Assembly: GCA_965645245.1 (NCBI GenBank)
Contig: OZ287087.1
Span: 1,364,001-1,428,000 of the forward strand
Origin: Massalongia carnosa
Lineage: Eukaryota
DNA length: 64,000 bases
Reading direction: 5' to 3'
A model generated the notes under the pieces. It worked only from the letters and a program-made list of their open reading frames with translations. It was not told the DNA's origin and did not search any database. Position numbers and translations under genes: made by a program. Below, piece by piece: positions 24,199 to 35,500 of the stretch (positions are counted from its first letter, which is position 1; each line of letters begins with the position of its first letter).

Positions 24199-27100
24199 TG
24201 TCAAATATATAAGGGTCAAAAGGCATAATCAGGGAATTGGGTAGATGTTGATTGTATTGTGGAGGAGGTGGAAAAGTGGGAATCTATCTAAGGGGGGAGG
24301 CCACGTGTCTAGTCGGGCCGGAATAACCCTTCGGATATATCATCCTGAGTTACCACTGATGTTTAGGATTAGTTATCCTATAATTTGACACACCCCCTCA
24401 GATCTAGAAACACCGTTTATAGATCTGGAATCAGTCCAGTATAATCCCTTATATTCCTCATCTTGATGCTTTGTCCTCCGAAACACGCCACCTGAACGCC
24501 CGATTGTGAATGCATTAGACGATTTTTCAAACTTTCCATCTTTCGTATCGAGTCCAATCTTTCCGATATGTTTACCAATCCTATCAATCTTATGAATCCC
24601 TCATGCTTCTGCCTTGATAAGGCCTTCGTCAATCCGTCCGCCGGCATCTTAGCTGTGGCCAACCATCTTATCGACACCCTACCGGCCTGATATTCCTGTC
24701 TCAACCAGTGATTATGTATGTCCACATGGCGAAGCCGAGTTTGAAGCTTCATATCCTCACTAGTTATCAAGTTGATAGTCTGTTTGTTGTCGCAGTCGAT
24801 GATCACCGGTCCCTCCAGTCTCACCTTGATGGCCTTTAACAGTCGTCTTAGATACATTGCTTCTTTGGTGGTGTCCGACAAGGCCATCAATTCGGCCTCA
24901 GTGCTCGATGTGGTCACCGTCGCCTGTTTGCTTGCTTTCCATGCAACCGGTCCTCCGAACAGCGTCATTATATATCCTTGAGAAATTTTCCTATCCTTGT
25001 TGTCCGCGAAGGACGCGTCGCTAGCACATAGGAACCCTTGTATCCCTTCCTCTTGTTTTCCTTCATATTGAATCGCCAGGGTTTTGGTGGCGTAGGCGTA
25101 TAGGTATTCTAGGACTCGCATCGCTGCCTGGTGATGTTCATCTGAAGGATTTATGGAGAATTGGGATAGTTTGGACACCGTGAATGCGATATCTGGTCTG
25201 GTGGTTATGGCTGCGAATAGGGCTGTTCCTATCCTTTGTTGATATAAGTGAATGGACTGATGGGAAGCTTTGTTTTCTGAGACTATATATTGAGTTGATA
25301 TCATAGGAGTATCTGGTAGTTTCTTATCTAGTTGAACATCGAATTTATTAGCCATCTTATCAATATAGGCCTCTTGGGATAGCCATAGAAGTCGCTTAGA
25401 CCTATCTCTTATGACTCTGATTCCTAAGAACCATTCGATTTCCCCCAGTGATTTCATGGTGTATATTGAACATAAATGCTCGATGGCTTTCAAGGCCTGA
25501 CCCTCGATCGATTTGTGGTAACAAAATACCGTGTCATCCACATAATAGAATACTAGGATTCCGCCTCTCATCATTATACATGATTCTTGAGGTATGGCCC
25601 TAAATTCCATGGATTGAAATGTTTTTGACAGATGCTTCTGCCATAGATATGGTGACCGTCTCAGGCCGTAGAGTGCTTTTCTCAGTCTTAACACATATTT
25701 TTGTTTTAGACCACATCTCTGATTTAACCTCTTCCACCTTTGAGCTTTACTGTCCGGGACTATACCGATTCAAGGGTGATCAGTCCTTGTCGACTAGTTC
25801 TCTAGAATGGTTTCTCACCTAGACTGGCCGCGTTTTCTCTTGGGTGTGAAGGCCTTCCTTTTACAGAAGTCATCATTTCACCAGGGGTCGCCGCTGTTTG
25901 GTCTTCTGATAGAGTCGTCCTCTTTTCAGTGCCCGCCCGCTCGACGGCGAATGCGAATGCCTACCTGTGAATGGATAATATGGTGGAATACGTATGTATA
26001 CCACCTCGTCCAGCGGACAGTTGACAAATGCATTTACTGCATCGAGTTGTCTAGTTTCTAGATCATACTTCGCAACTAACGCAATCATGGACCTGAATGC
26101 TGAGCTGGCCAAAGTGGTCGCTCGTGTTGGTAGTTCCCCAACCTCTTGTTGATTCCCACATACTACTAATCTAGCTTTGCATTTTACCAAATAGCCATCA
26201 CTGTCTGTCTTGTAGGTGAAAACCCACATGCAGTCCAGCACTTGATGTCTTATGGTATACTTGCTTTCGACTAGTTCAGACGTCTCCATCTTCTCATGCT
26301 CACCGAGATGTTCTCTGATGGCATCGATGAAGTGAGACTCGAACATGTGACCCTCCAGGTCACGTATGGTTTTGGGAGGTGGGGGTAGATTCAACTTATG
26401 GAACTTACTGAACAACCGACCAGCGGCAAATGCCCCGAGTTCTGATATTTGGATGCGTGGTGCTTCTTTATTGATATAGATATTATCGTCGAAGTCACAT
26501 TGAGAGCAGCTTGCCTCATGTATATCTTCAATTTCTAACCGAGCATGAAGTGCCATGGCTAATTCGTCATCCTCATCTGGTGGTGGTGTTGGTAATCCAC
26601 GTTCTTGTTCCTCTGCTTGGCGTAGATCCTCGATCAATTTGTCTGGTCTATCAAGCCTATCGACGTCAGATATATCCTCTGCTTCATCATTATGATACTC
26701 TAGTATCTCCACATCTTCCTCTAAGATGCCTTCATTTATTGCTTCAGCCACTGGCAACTCGATCCTATTTATGATGGTCTCTCTCTCTACTTCAGACGTT
26801 CCTTCTTCGGGTAACTGTCCTTAGTAGAATCTGGACTCATCGAATATCACGTCTCGTGTGGAGATGACACCATGTCTTTCTGGTATCCACACTCTAAAGA
26901 TATTCGTCGATCGGTATCCTACCAGGTGTCCTATATATGCACGGGGTTGGAGTTTCTGTCGTCTGTTCTTATGAAGTTGAGCGTCCTCAGTCATCGCATA
27001 TGCTCTGCAGCCATAGGCCTTTAAATGGGCCAATTGAGGTTTGGTTTTGTAGAATGTTTCGAACGGTGATTTCCAGGACTGAGCCTCTCTAGGAGTCCTA

Positions 27101-29071
27101 TTATGTAAATACGTTGACGCATCTATTACCTCCTTCCAGAGATTTGATGGTAACTTAGCTCCTATTGACATCGCTCTCGCCTTCGTCACTATCACACCCC
27201 CTGAACGTTCCGCTACACCATTTTGTGCTGCAGTTCTAGGAGTGGAAGGTTCGAATTCTATCCCTACCGATGACAACCACTTGTTAGTACGCTTTCTATT
27301 CAACTCCAAATCTGACCGTATCCTTTCTATCAGTAGGTTCCGTTGCTTGCACCAAGCCATTAGGTCTTTGAGAATCTTGAGGGTTTCTGACTCCTCTCCG
27401 TGTGTTGACATGAAATAAGGTATGACTTATCCAGTATATTTGTCTGTGATAAACATTGTTCGTATAAAACCATCCATGGCCTTATCGAAATCCGTCCAAT
27501 CTATGTGCAGTTCCTGGAATGGCTTCGTCACTTTTCTATTTCCTGGCCGACGTGATATTTGTCTATGCATCTTTGCCAGACTACACGCCTCACACTGAGT
27601 GGTCGATGGCCCTAATAGTGTAATACCTAATGAGTTCTCTCCTAGTTTGTGAAGGCTTATTGGTCCAGGATGTCCCATACGACAATGCCAGATGAAGGCA
27701 TCTCCCTTTGAGAAGGATCTAGGTTTTCCTGAACGACGACGAGGTATTGGAGTTATTAGCAATACGGCCTTAATAGATGAATCTGACCTTTGGAATGCAG
27801 GAAGTTCGTCAACTTGATGAATCAGACAAATTGTCCTCTTTAGTTTTCCTTTTCCCTATAGTGTAGTCATCTGGTTTCCCTTCTGGGAATATAAACCAAC
27901 AGTTCTCGAGATCATGGCCTGGTCTTTCACACGCAGGGCATATCTTATCGTGCCTTTTCCCTCCACGGTGAGATTGTCCAGTTGTATTTTCCCTCTTTCT
28001 CTTAGTGGCTGTATTGGCTACTTCTTCTAGTAGGCCATCTTCGTCTTCGTCGTCCACTAACGTCTGGAACGCGGCTCCCCGGACCGTCTGCTTCACTCCA
28101 TCTCTCAAGTATTCTCGGATTTCTCGTAGGACTTCTGGATATTGCGATATGTCATTTCTTGCGGCGTCGTTGCCTCTGGATCGAAGTGCATAGGATAGTT
28201 CTGGTGCGTGTGGTTTCATCCACGACGACATATTTCCAAGCCATATTCCGTGCTTGAACTCCGACAAATCGTGTTGTCGGGCCTTGGCTACTACCTTCTC
28301 CCACTTATCCAACCAGTCTAGTGGTTTCGCCTTCATCCTAAGCAACTTATCATATTTCTCCTTCGCCAACGCCATGGAATGTCACGTCGGAGGTGCCATA
28401 AGGTTTCGTAAGATAATGACACACTCCTTTACTGACACACTCGCTTTCAGGCTCGTTCGGTTTGTGATCGGGACTGTTTCTACTATGTGTTTTCTTATCG
28501 TCGTCAACGAGGTTTCTTGTCTCATATAGTCTTTCTGATCCGACTCGTAATGTTTTCTTGCATTATCGAATATTCGCTGATTTGCGGCTGAGAGGTTTGT
28601 GTATAGTGTCTCTCCTTGTACTATGTCTGCTACTACCGGCTTGTAGGGAGCTGCCGCAGGAAGAACAGTAGGTTGGTCTGGATCTGCCATATTCCAAAAC
28701 TCGTTAGCTGATATCGTTTTCAATTCATCATACCACGTCTCCCAATCCTCTGATGTCTCGAGGATTGTCCTCATCGGTTTGGATTCTGCTACCATTTTCG
28801 CGATTGCTGTCTCGTTGAATTTAAGAATCTAATGCTCTTGACGATTTGCGGTGTCTTTACGACTATCCGGGCTCATAACTGTCAAATATATAAGGGTCAA
28901 AAGGCATAATCAGGGAATTGGGTAGATGTTGATTTTATTGTGGAGGATGTGGAAAAGTGGGAATCTATCTAAGGGGGGAGGCCACGTGTCTAGTCGGGCC
29001 GGAATAACCCTTCGGATATATCATCCTGAGTTATTACTGATGTTTAGGATTAGTTATCCTATAATTTGACA
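24199..29071 (-). mobile_element. Ty1/Copia Copia-1, degenerate
   Basis: 192-bp LTRs 24199-24390 and 28880-29071 (4 differences seen); TSD GATTC; PBS GTTATGAGCCC; PPT TGAGGGGGTG; fragments WHCRMGH, QNGVAER, KARLVV, ALYGL, YYVDD, SDASFAD. Confidence 0.95.
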
Positions 29072-29076
29072 GATTC

Positions 29077-29335
29077 TTCAGTAACTTATTCAGCGCAGGA
29101 AATTAATCCTTTTACTAAGTATATTCAAAATAATCAAATCCATATTAATTGAATTATCGAATTCGTTAAAAAGTTTTAATTCAATTATTTGCTCAGAGCA
29201 AAAAATATTGATATTATCAATCTGGATATCATTAATTAGATTATCGTACTTTTTAATATGATATTTTAATTTTCATAATTGATTTTCTTTAGTCTATTGA
29301 AAATTCTTCATATAACATTTTAATTCTTCAAGATA
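29077..29335. other. Strongly AT-rich, TpA-rich degenerate tract (RIP-like relic)
   Basis: Visibly AT-rich compared with the flanks; no ORF. Confidence 0.5.
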
Positions 29336-29356
29336 TAACGAGTCTTCAATAAGTAT

Positions 29357-29814
29357 TGTAATAGGGTAGGCCTAATATGCGTTCGTTGAACGTAAGACTG
29401 GCCTATGTGGCTATGTGGGATACGTACAGCCAAAATAACTACCAAGACAATAAGGTCCCGTCTAACCCAGTAAGGTATAGTGTGGGGACTTAACTGATGT
29501 ATCCCCTCGCCTCGCCTCACCTCCCCTAGCTCACCTGCCTAGTCTTATCTACCCGTGTCTTTCGGTGTCCGAAGTATTTCGGAGTCCGAAAATACCAGGT
29601 AGTATGGGCAAGGTATTGAAGAAGAGCTTAGGTTATAGATTGTCCTATCCTATATAGATCAATGATCAAGCACTACAAAAGGGTAGCATTTAGTCTACCC
29701 TTTAACCCGACCCTACCTATTTTGTACCTCTATTGTGACCATCACGTTGTGTAGCCCCTGTGGATCCCATCTTCCAGTAGTGAATGCCTGCTGGGAGAAG
29801 GTCTCCCCGTTTCA
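29357..29814. mobile_element. Solo LTR (458 bp)
   Basis: TGTAA...TTTCA; TSD AGTAT 29352-56 and 29815-19. Confidence 0.82.
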
Positions 29815-29945
29815 AGTATATACGTAACAGGAGTCTTTGACACAGTGACACATCGAAGACTGATTCACAATCTTCGCAAAAGAAAAATCCCAAAATGGAT
29901 CACTGACTGGGTTCACAGTTTTCTAAATAAATAAACCACTACCCT

Positions 29946-30116
29946 TGTAACGGTTCGACCAAGCGCGGTGCGGACGGCAGGACCTATAGCGATCATAACA
30001 TGAGTCCCAGTTATAGTAGAATAGAGCTTGGTCTGCGGACAAAGTATTGTGCCTTTTGGTCGGGAAGGACAGGTGGCGCAATAGTAGAAATCTATTCACT
30101 ATCTCGCTTCGTTACA
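29946..30116. mobile_element. Solo LTR (171 bp)
   Basis: TGTAAC...GTTACA; TSD ACCCT/ACCCG; interrupts LINE-B. Confidence 0.82.
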
Positions 30117-30200
30117 ACCCGGGCGATTCAAAGCCGAGTCACGGGCATATTCGATATAGAAACCGAAATCCCACAAAGCTCCCCTATTTCTCCTATTCTT

Positions 30201-30456
30201 TATTATGATCTACCTAGAGACAAGTCATAGGGACGCTAGAAACGAATACAATAAAGATAAAGAAGGAAAAAGACAACTGACACCCCGAACCTGCCTCTAT
30301 ATATCCACTATTGCGCTAGTACCCATGTGGTATTAGCGCGGAAGAATCTTCTAGTGATTGCAGGAACAAAAGTTCCTGCGCGTTCCATCTACGGTTTGCC
30401 CTATGCGGTGCCGAGTTTATCCGAGTACCAAAGTCGTGCCGAGTAGAATCGTGACA
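30201..30456. mobile_element. Solo LTR (256 bp) with mutated left end
   Basis: TSD TTCTT 30196-200 and 30457-61; right end ATCGTGACA; left end TATTATGAT differs from the expected TGTCACGAT by three transitions. Confidence 0.82.
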
Positions 30457-31439
30457 TTCTTTATCTGTTCTACAATGCAGACCTACTAGACATATGTAAA
30501 AGACCAGGCAGCAACTCGAGTGCTCTAGGCTTCGTAGATAATATCAATGTACTAGCATACGGAATAAGCACCAATGAAAATTGCAAGACGCTAGAGGTAA
30601 TTCACAAAAAATGTGAAAAATGGGCAAGTCGACATGGTTCAGTCTTCGCTCCGATGAAATACGAATTGATACATCTGTCTAGAAATCCGAAGAAATTTAA
30701 CATGTTCACTGTTATTCAAATAGGAAATAACATCATAAAACCAAAGACAGACGTCAGAATTATAGGACTTCAAAGCGATTCAAAATTGAAATAGGGCGCT
30801 CACAGATGGAAAATCCAGGAAAAAATGACAAAACAATTGTTGAAATATGTATATGACTATGGCTATATGGCTATGTTGTCATGAAATGCCTCCGACCTCA
30901 CCACGTGCCTCTATCACGTGCCTTGATCTGATGACTACTCACGGACGTCGTGCCATGCCTTCGGGACCCTCATATCATTCTTCGAATTCGCCGATTACTG
31001 ATCATTAATCAGCCTCGCATTGACGATTTATTCCCGTCTTTCGACTATTATCATGTCTAATAGCTTCGCATTGATGTTTGACATCTCCCGTCTTCTCGCT
31101 GACCCCATCGTGCTTATTGCCGCTATAATGCCCCTCATTCATCATCGCACTGACTAGACATCATTCGCCGCCACCCTAGAAAGATGAATATGGGAGGACA
31201 AAGATATAAGAAAGAAGTCGAATCATGGAAGTTCTGATTCTTTGTCGAACGTCTTGAATAGCCAACCTAGCCTAGCCTAGATTCATAGCTATAGACTCAA
31301 TCAATAAGCTTGACCATCAACCCACCTTGCCTTTGCCCTTGCCCTCGACCTGATTTCGTGACATTACGTTCGACCAAGATTCAAAAGTGCCTTCCATAGC
31401 ATTTTCCCTCATCTCCCTTTATCTCATTCCCCCTCAATC

Positions 31440-32582
31440 ATGTCTTCAGCAGAAGAGAACCTCTCCGAGCTGGATAAGCGTATTCGATTCATTCAGGAAC
31501 GTCTTCAGGCAGACCCTCAGCAATTCCTGAGTCAAATGGACAACCTAGAAGCCGAAGTAAACCAACTTCGCAACAATGCCAATACCCCTTCTATTTCCGA
31601 GCCCATACCTATCTCAAATCCACCCCCCCCTACCTTGGATCCGCAAATCATGGCCATGATGCAGCTGCTCCTGGCGTCAAAAAACTCCCTCATCCGCTCC
31701 GAAAAGCTCCCGGACATCACGGAGTATGAGGGCGAAGAAGTCAAGCTGGATGCGTGGGAGCAGTCCCTGATTCAAAGAATGCATGTCAACAATGATCGAT
31801 ACCCGTTCGATCAAGCCAAAATTGCCTATGCCGAAAGCCGACTCACCATAGGCAAAAAGGCTCATAACCTAATGAATGCGTACAGGGTCGATGGCCTTTG
31901 CGTACTCACCTCATTTGCTGAATGGCGATCAGCCCTCCGCCGCGCATGCGGAAATCCCTACGAGCAGGAGGATGCTCGCAAATACCTTCGCGATATCCTC
32001 AAACAGGGAAGTAGTAGCTTCGAGGAGTACTACAACCTTTTTGCGCAGAAAAAAGACCGGTCCAAGATGGAAGATGCCAGCCTGATCGATGCCATGAAGG
32101 CAAATGTGAATTATTCAACCCAGACCGCAGCCCTAATGTATAGGGTCCCCGGAACCCAAAGGCAACCATCCACCTTCGACGAGCACGTCACCATGTGGTT
32201 GGAGACAGATCGTGGCCTTCGCCAGATCCGCCACATTGCCCCAAAGGCGAACACCACCACTATCACCCCGACACCGAAAAAGCCAAACCCGTTATCAGCA
32301 CTTCCCCCGACAGTCGCTCCCGCTGCCAAAGCACCTGTCGCTTCTCCCGCCTCCCCTGCGCTGCTCATTGGCGACCCCATGGACCTAAGCTCTGCCATGG
32401 CAGCGGTGAAAGGCCAATCGCTCAAAACCGAGGGGGTCCGCAAAATCTGCGAAGACTGGAAGTTGTGTTTCTACTGCAAATTGCAGCATCCAGGGAAGTC
32501 AGCAACTGACTGTCCCAACAAGCGAACCAACCTTCGGAGCATGGAGCTCGAAGCCCCTGATATTGATCAGGGAAAAGCCTAG
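31440..32582 (+). CDS. gag: Gypsy-2 gag (380 aa)
   Basis: Open ORF; CFYCKLQHPGKSATDC knuckle. Confidence 0.93.
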   Translation: MSSAEENLSELDKRIRFIQERLQADPQQFLSQMDNLEAEVNQLRNNANTPSISEPIPISNPPPPTLDPQIMAMMQLLLASKNSLIRSEKLPDITEYEGEEVKLDAWEQSLIQRMHVNNDRYPFDQAKIAYAESRLTIGKKAHNLMNAYRVDGLCVLTSFAEWRSALRRACGNPYEQEDARKYLRDILKQGSSSFEEYYNLFAQKKDRSKMEDASLIDAMKANVNYSTQTAALMYRVPGTQRQPSTFDEHVTMWLETDRGLRQIRHIAPKANTTTITPTPKKPNPLSALPPTVAPAAKAPVASPASPALLIGDPMDLSSAMAAVKGQSLKTEGVRKICEDWKLCFYCKLQHPGKSATDCPNKRTNLRSMELEAPDIDQGKA

Positions 32583-35500
32583 TCTCTGCACATCGTCGCG
32601 TGCAGGGACTCCCCCCCCTTCTCATTTCCTCATGTTTGATGGCCAGTTTTTCCCCCTCTTTGAGATCCAATACGCGATTTTCCGCAGCCTCCGCTTTGGA
32701 GCTGTTTGAATCAGATAAGACGTTCAGAGACAGTCACATGGTGATGACAGGTATCTTGCGATTATCTAGATCTAGGATTAGAACGTATAATCTAATTGAT
32801 TGTGGTGCATCTGGCTTTTCATTCATCGATGAGAAATTTGCGCATACTAACCAAATTCCCCTTCATCTTCTCAAATATCCCCGCCGGCTCGAAGGATTCG
32901 ACGGCCAAAGGGCTCTATCCGGCAATATCACTCATGTGGCCGAAATCACCATGGATCTAGAAGGTCATGTAGAAAAACTCTTTCTATATGTCACCGGGTT
33001 AAAAAACTATCCCATTATCCTGGGCCATCCATGGCTCCGCCGGCATAACGCCATAGCCGATTTTGGGCATAATACGCTCACCTTTGCCTCCCCCTACTGC
33101 CTCACTCACTGTTGCCCCCACCCGGTCAAGCTTCAAGCCGTTGAGGAAGAATTCCTCACCCCGGCCGAGAGTCGAAAAATCTGGGATGAAGAGATCCTCG
33201 AAGACGCCCTAGGAAAAGTTATCAATCAAGACACGTCTATCAGAACGTCGATAACTTCTCTAGAAGAGGGGGAAGAAATTCCCACAATCAAAAATTCCAT
33301 TCCTGACAATCCCGTCAAAATCGAGGAATCCATCCCTTTGTTCAAAACCGCGCCGCGCGATTTCACCTTAATCAAACCCGAAATCAATGAACCCGAACCC
33401 CAGCCTCAAAACCCCACCGATGAACCCAGTCGCATTGAAAATGCAATCCAGCAAGGGCTTCCCCCCCCGAAAATCCGATACCGAAGCCCGTCCAAATTGC
33501 GGACATCCACCCAAAGACGTGCTCATCAAGCAGCACGCAAAACCACCCCGCAGATGAATGTCTGCGAAATCGGAGCTATCTCCTTCAATCGACTGACTCG
33601 GAAGAAAAACCACGATAGTTTCGCCCTGTCCATGAAAGAAATTGACCTCTTTCTAGGAAAAACCAACCCCGAACCTCTAGTAATGAAAGCCTCACCTAGT
33701 TCAGCCCCCGATTTGATCGAAAAAGCCAAAAAACCCAGCCCAGCCTACCAACCATTGCCATCTCGAGCAAGCCCGCACGAGAAAGAAATCCACCTAGCCT
33801 TATTTAAGATGAATAAGGCCCTAACCCTAGCCACCGCCGTGACTCGTGAAGAGTTAGACGCTTACCGAGAAAGTAAGAACGTCGACCCAGCCCCCCTTCT
33901 GCCCAAGCAATACCACGAATTCCTAGATGTCTTCTCGAAGAAGAAATCCGAAGACTTGCCCCCCCGCCGTCCCTACGATCATGCCATAAACCTGAAAGAA
34001 GGTACGCAGGCCCCTAGTCAAGCCCTGTATGGTATGAGTCGTACCGAAATCGAGGAGCTCCGCCGCTACCTCGACGAAAATCTAGCCAAGGGATTTATTC
34101 GGGCTAGTCGCTCCCACGCCGCCTCCCCGGTGATGTTCGTGAAAAAGCCAGGTGGGGGACTTCGATTTTGCGTGGATTATCGTGCTCTGAATGCCATCAC
34201 GATTAAGGATCGCTATCCGCTGCCCTTGATCGCCGAGACCCTGCACCAATTAATCAAAGCCAAGATATTCACCAAGATAGACATCATCGCCGCCTTCAAT
34301 ATGCTCCGCATACGAGAAGGAGACGAAGAACTCACCGCTTTTCGCACTCGTTTCGGCCTTTTCGAGTCCTTGGTCCTACCCTTCGGCCTATGCAACGGGC
34401 CCGCCTCATTTCAGCACTTCATCAACGATACGCTTCACGAGTATCTTGCTGACTTTTGCACTGCGTACCTAGATGATATCCTCATCTACAGTGACAATGA
34501 GCTGGAGCACGAGGTCCACGTCAAAAAAATCCTGTCTCGACTCCGAGATGCAGGCCTGCAAGCCGACATCACCAAGTGCAAGTTCCATGTCACCGAAATT
34601 GCATACCTAGGGATGATCGTGACCACCGAAGGGATAAAAATGGACCCGGCCAAGGTGGAAACCGTCGTCAATTGGCCAAACCTCGTCAATGTGAAAGATG
34701 TGCAAAGCTTTCTGGGTTTTGCTAACTTTTATAGACGATTCGTGTATGGGTTTAGCGACATAGCTGGCCCCCTAACCAACCTGACCAAGAAGGAGACGGA
34801 ATTCCTGTGGACTGACAAATGCCAATTGGCATTCGAAATGCTGAAAAAAGCTTTCACCTCCGATGTCATTCTCAGGCATTTCGACCCCGATCGTCCCATC
34901 ATCGTCGAAACCGATGCCTCCGACTATGTTTCGGGGGGCATTCTTTCTCAATACGACGATGATGGGATACTTCACCCCGTCGCCTACTTCTCAAAGAAGC
35001 ACAATCCCGCCGAGTGCAACTACGAGATCTATGACAAAGAACTGATGGCAATCGTTCGATGTTTTGAAGAATGGCGACCCGAACTAGAAGGATCTGCCTT
35101 CCCCATCAGCGTCATATCCGACCACAAAAACCTGGAGTATTTTGCCTCCACCAAGCAGCTCAGCCGTCGCCAAGCTAGATGGAGCGAATTTCTCTCTCGA
35201 TTTGACTTCAAGATAGTCTATCGACCAGGAAAAGCCGGAGGAAAACCGGACGCTCTAACTCGTCGATCGGGAGATCTTCCTAAAGAAGGGGATGATACGG
35301 ACGAGCGAAGGAAATTTCAACACCAAACCGTTTTGAAAACCGAAAACCTGGATGAGGAAGTCGCAAAAAGTTATTTGCGATCCATTCTTCTGGCACCAGC
35401 TTTCCTAGATGATGCAGATATCGAAGAAGCAGAACCTCAGCTAGATGAGGACCTCATCGATCCCGATGAGGATATCTCCACGGAGCTCCTCTGGGAACAA

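Noticed and set aside
25710..25962. Functional group I intron or hammerhead ribozyme in the Copia RT insert
   Set aside because: P4 pairing is weak, no room for P8, the U/omega-G boundaries do not restore frame, and there is no CUGAUGA core; kept only as an unexplained insert.
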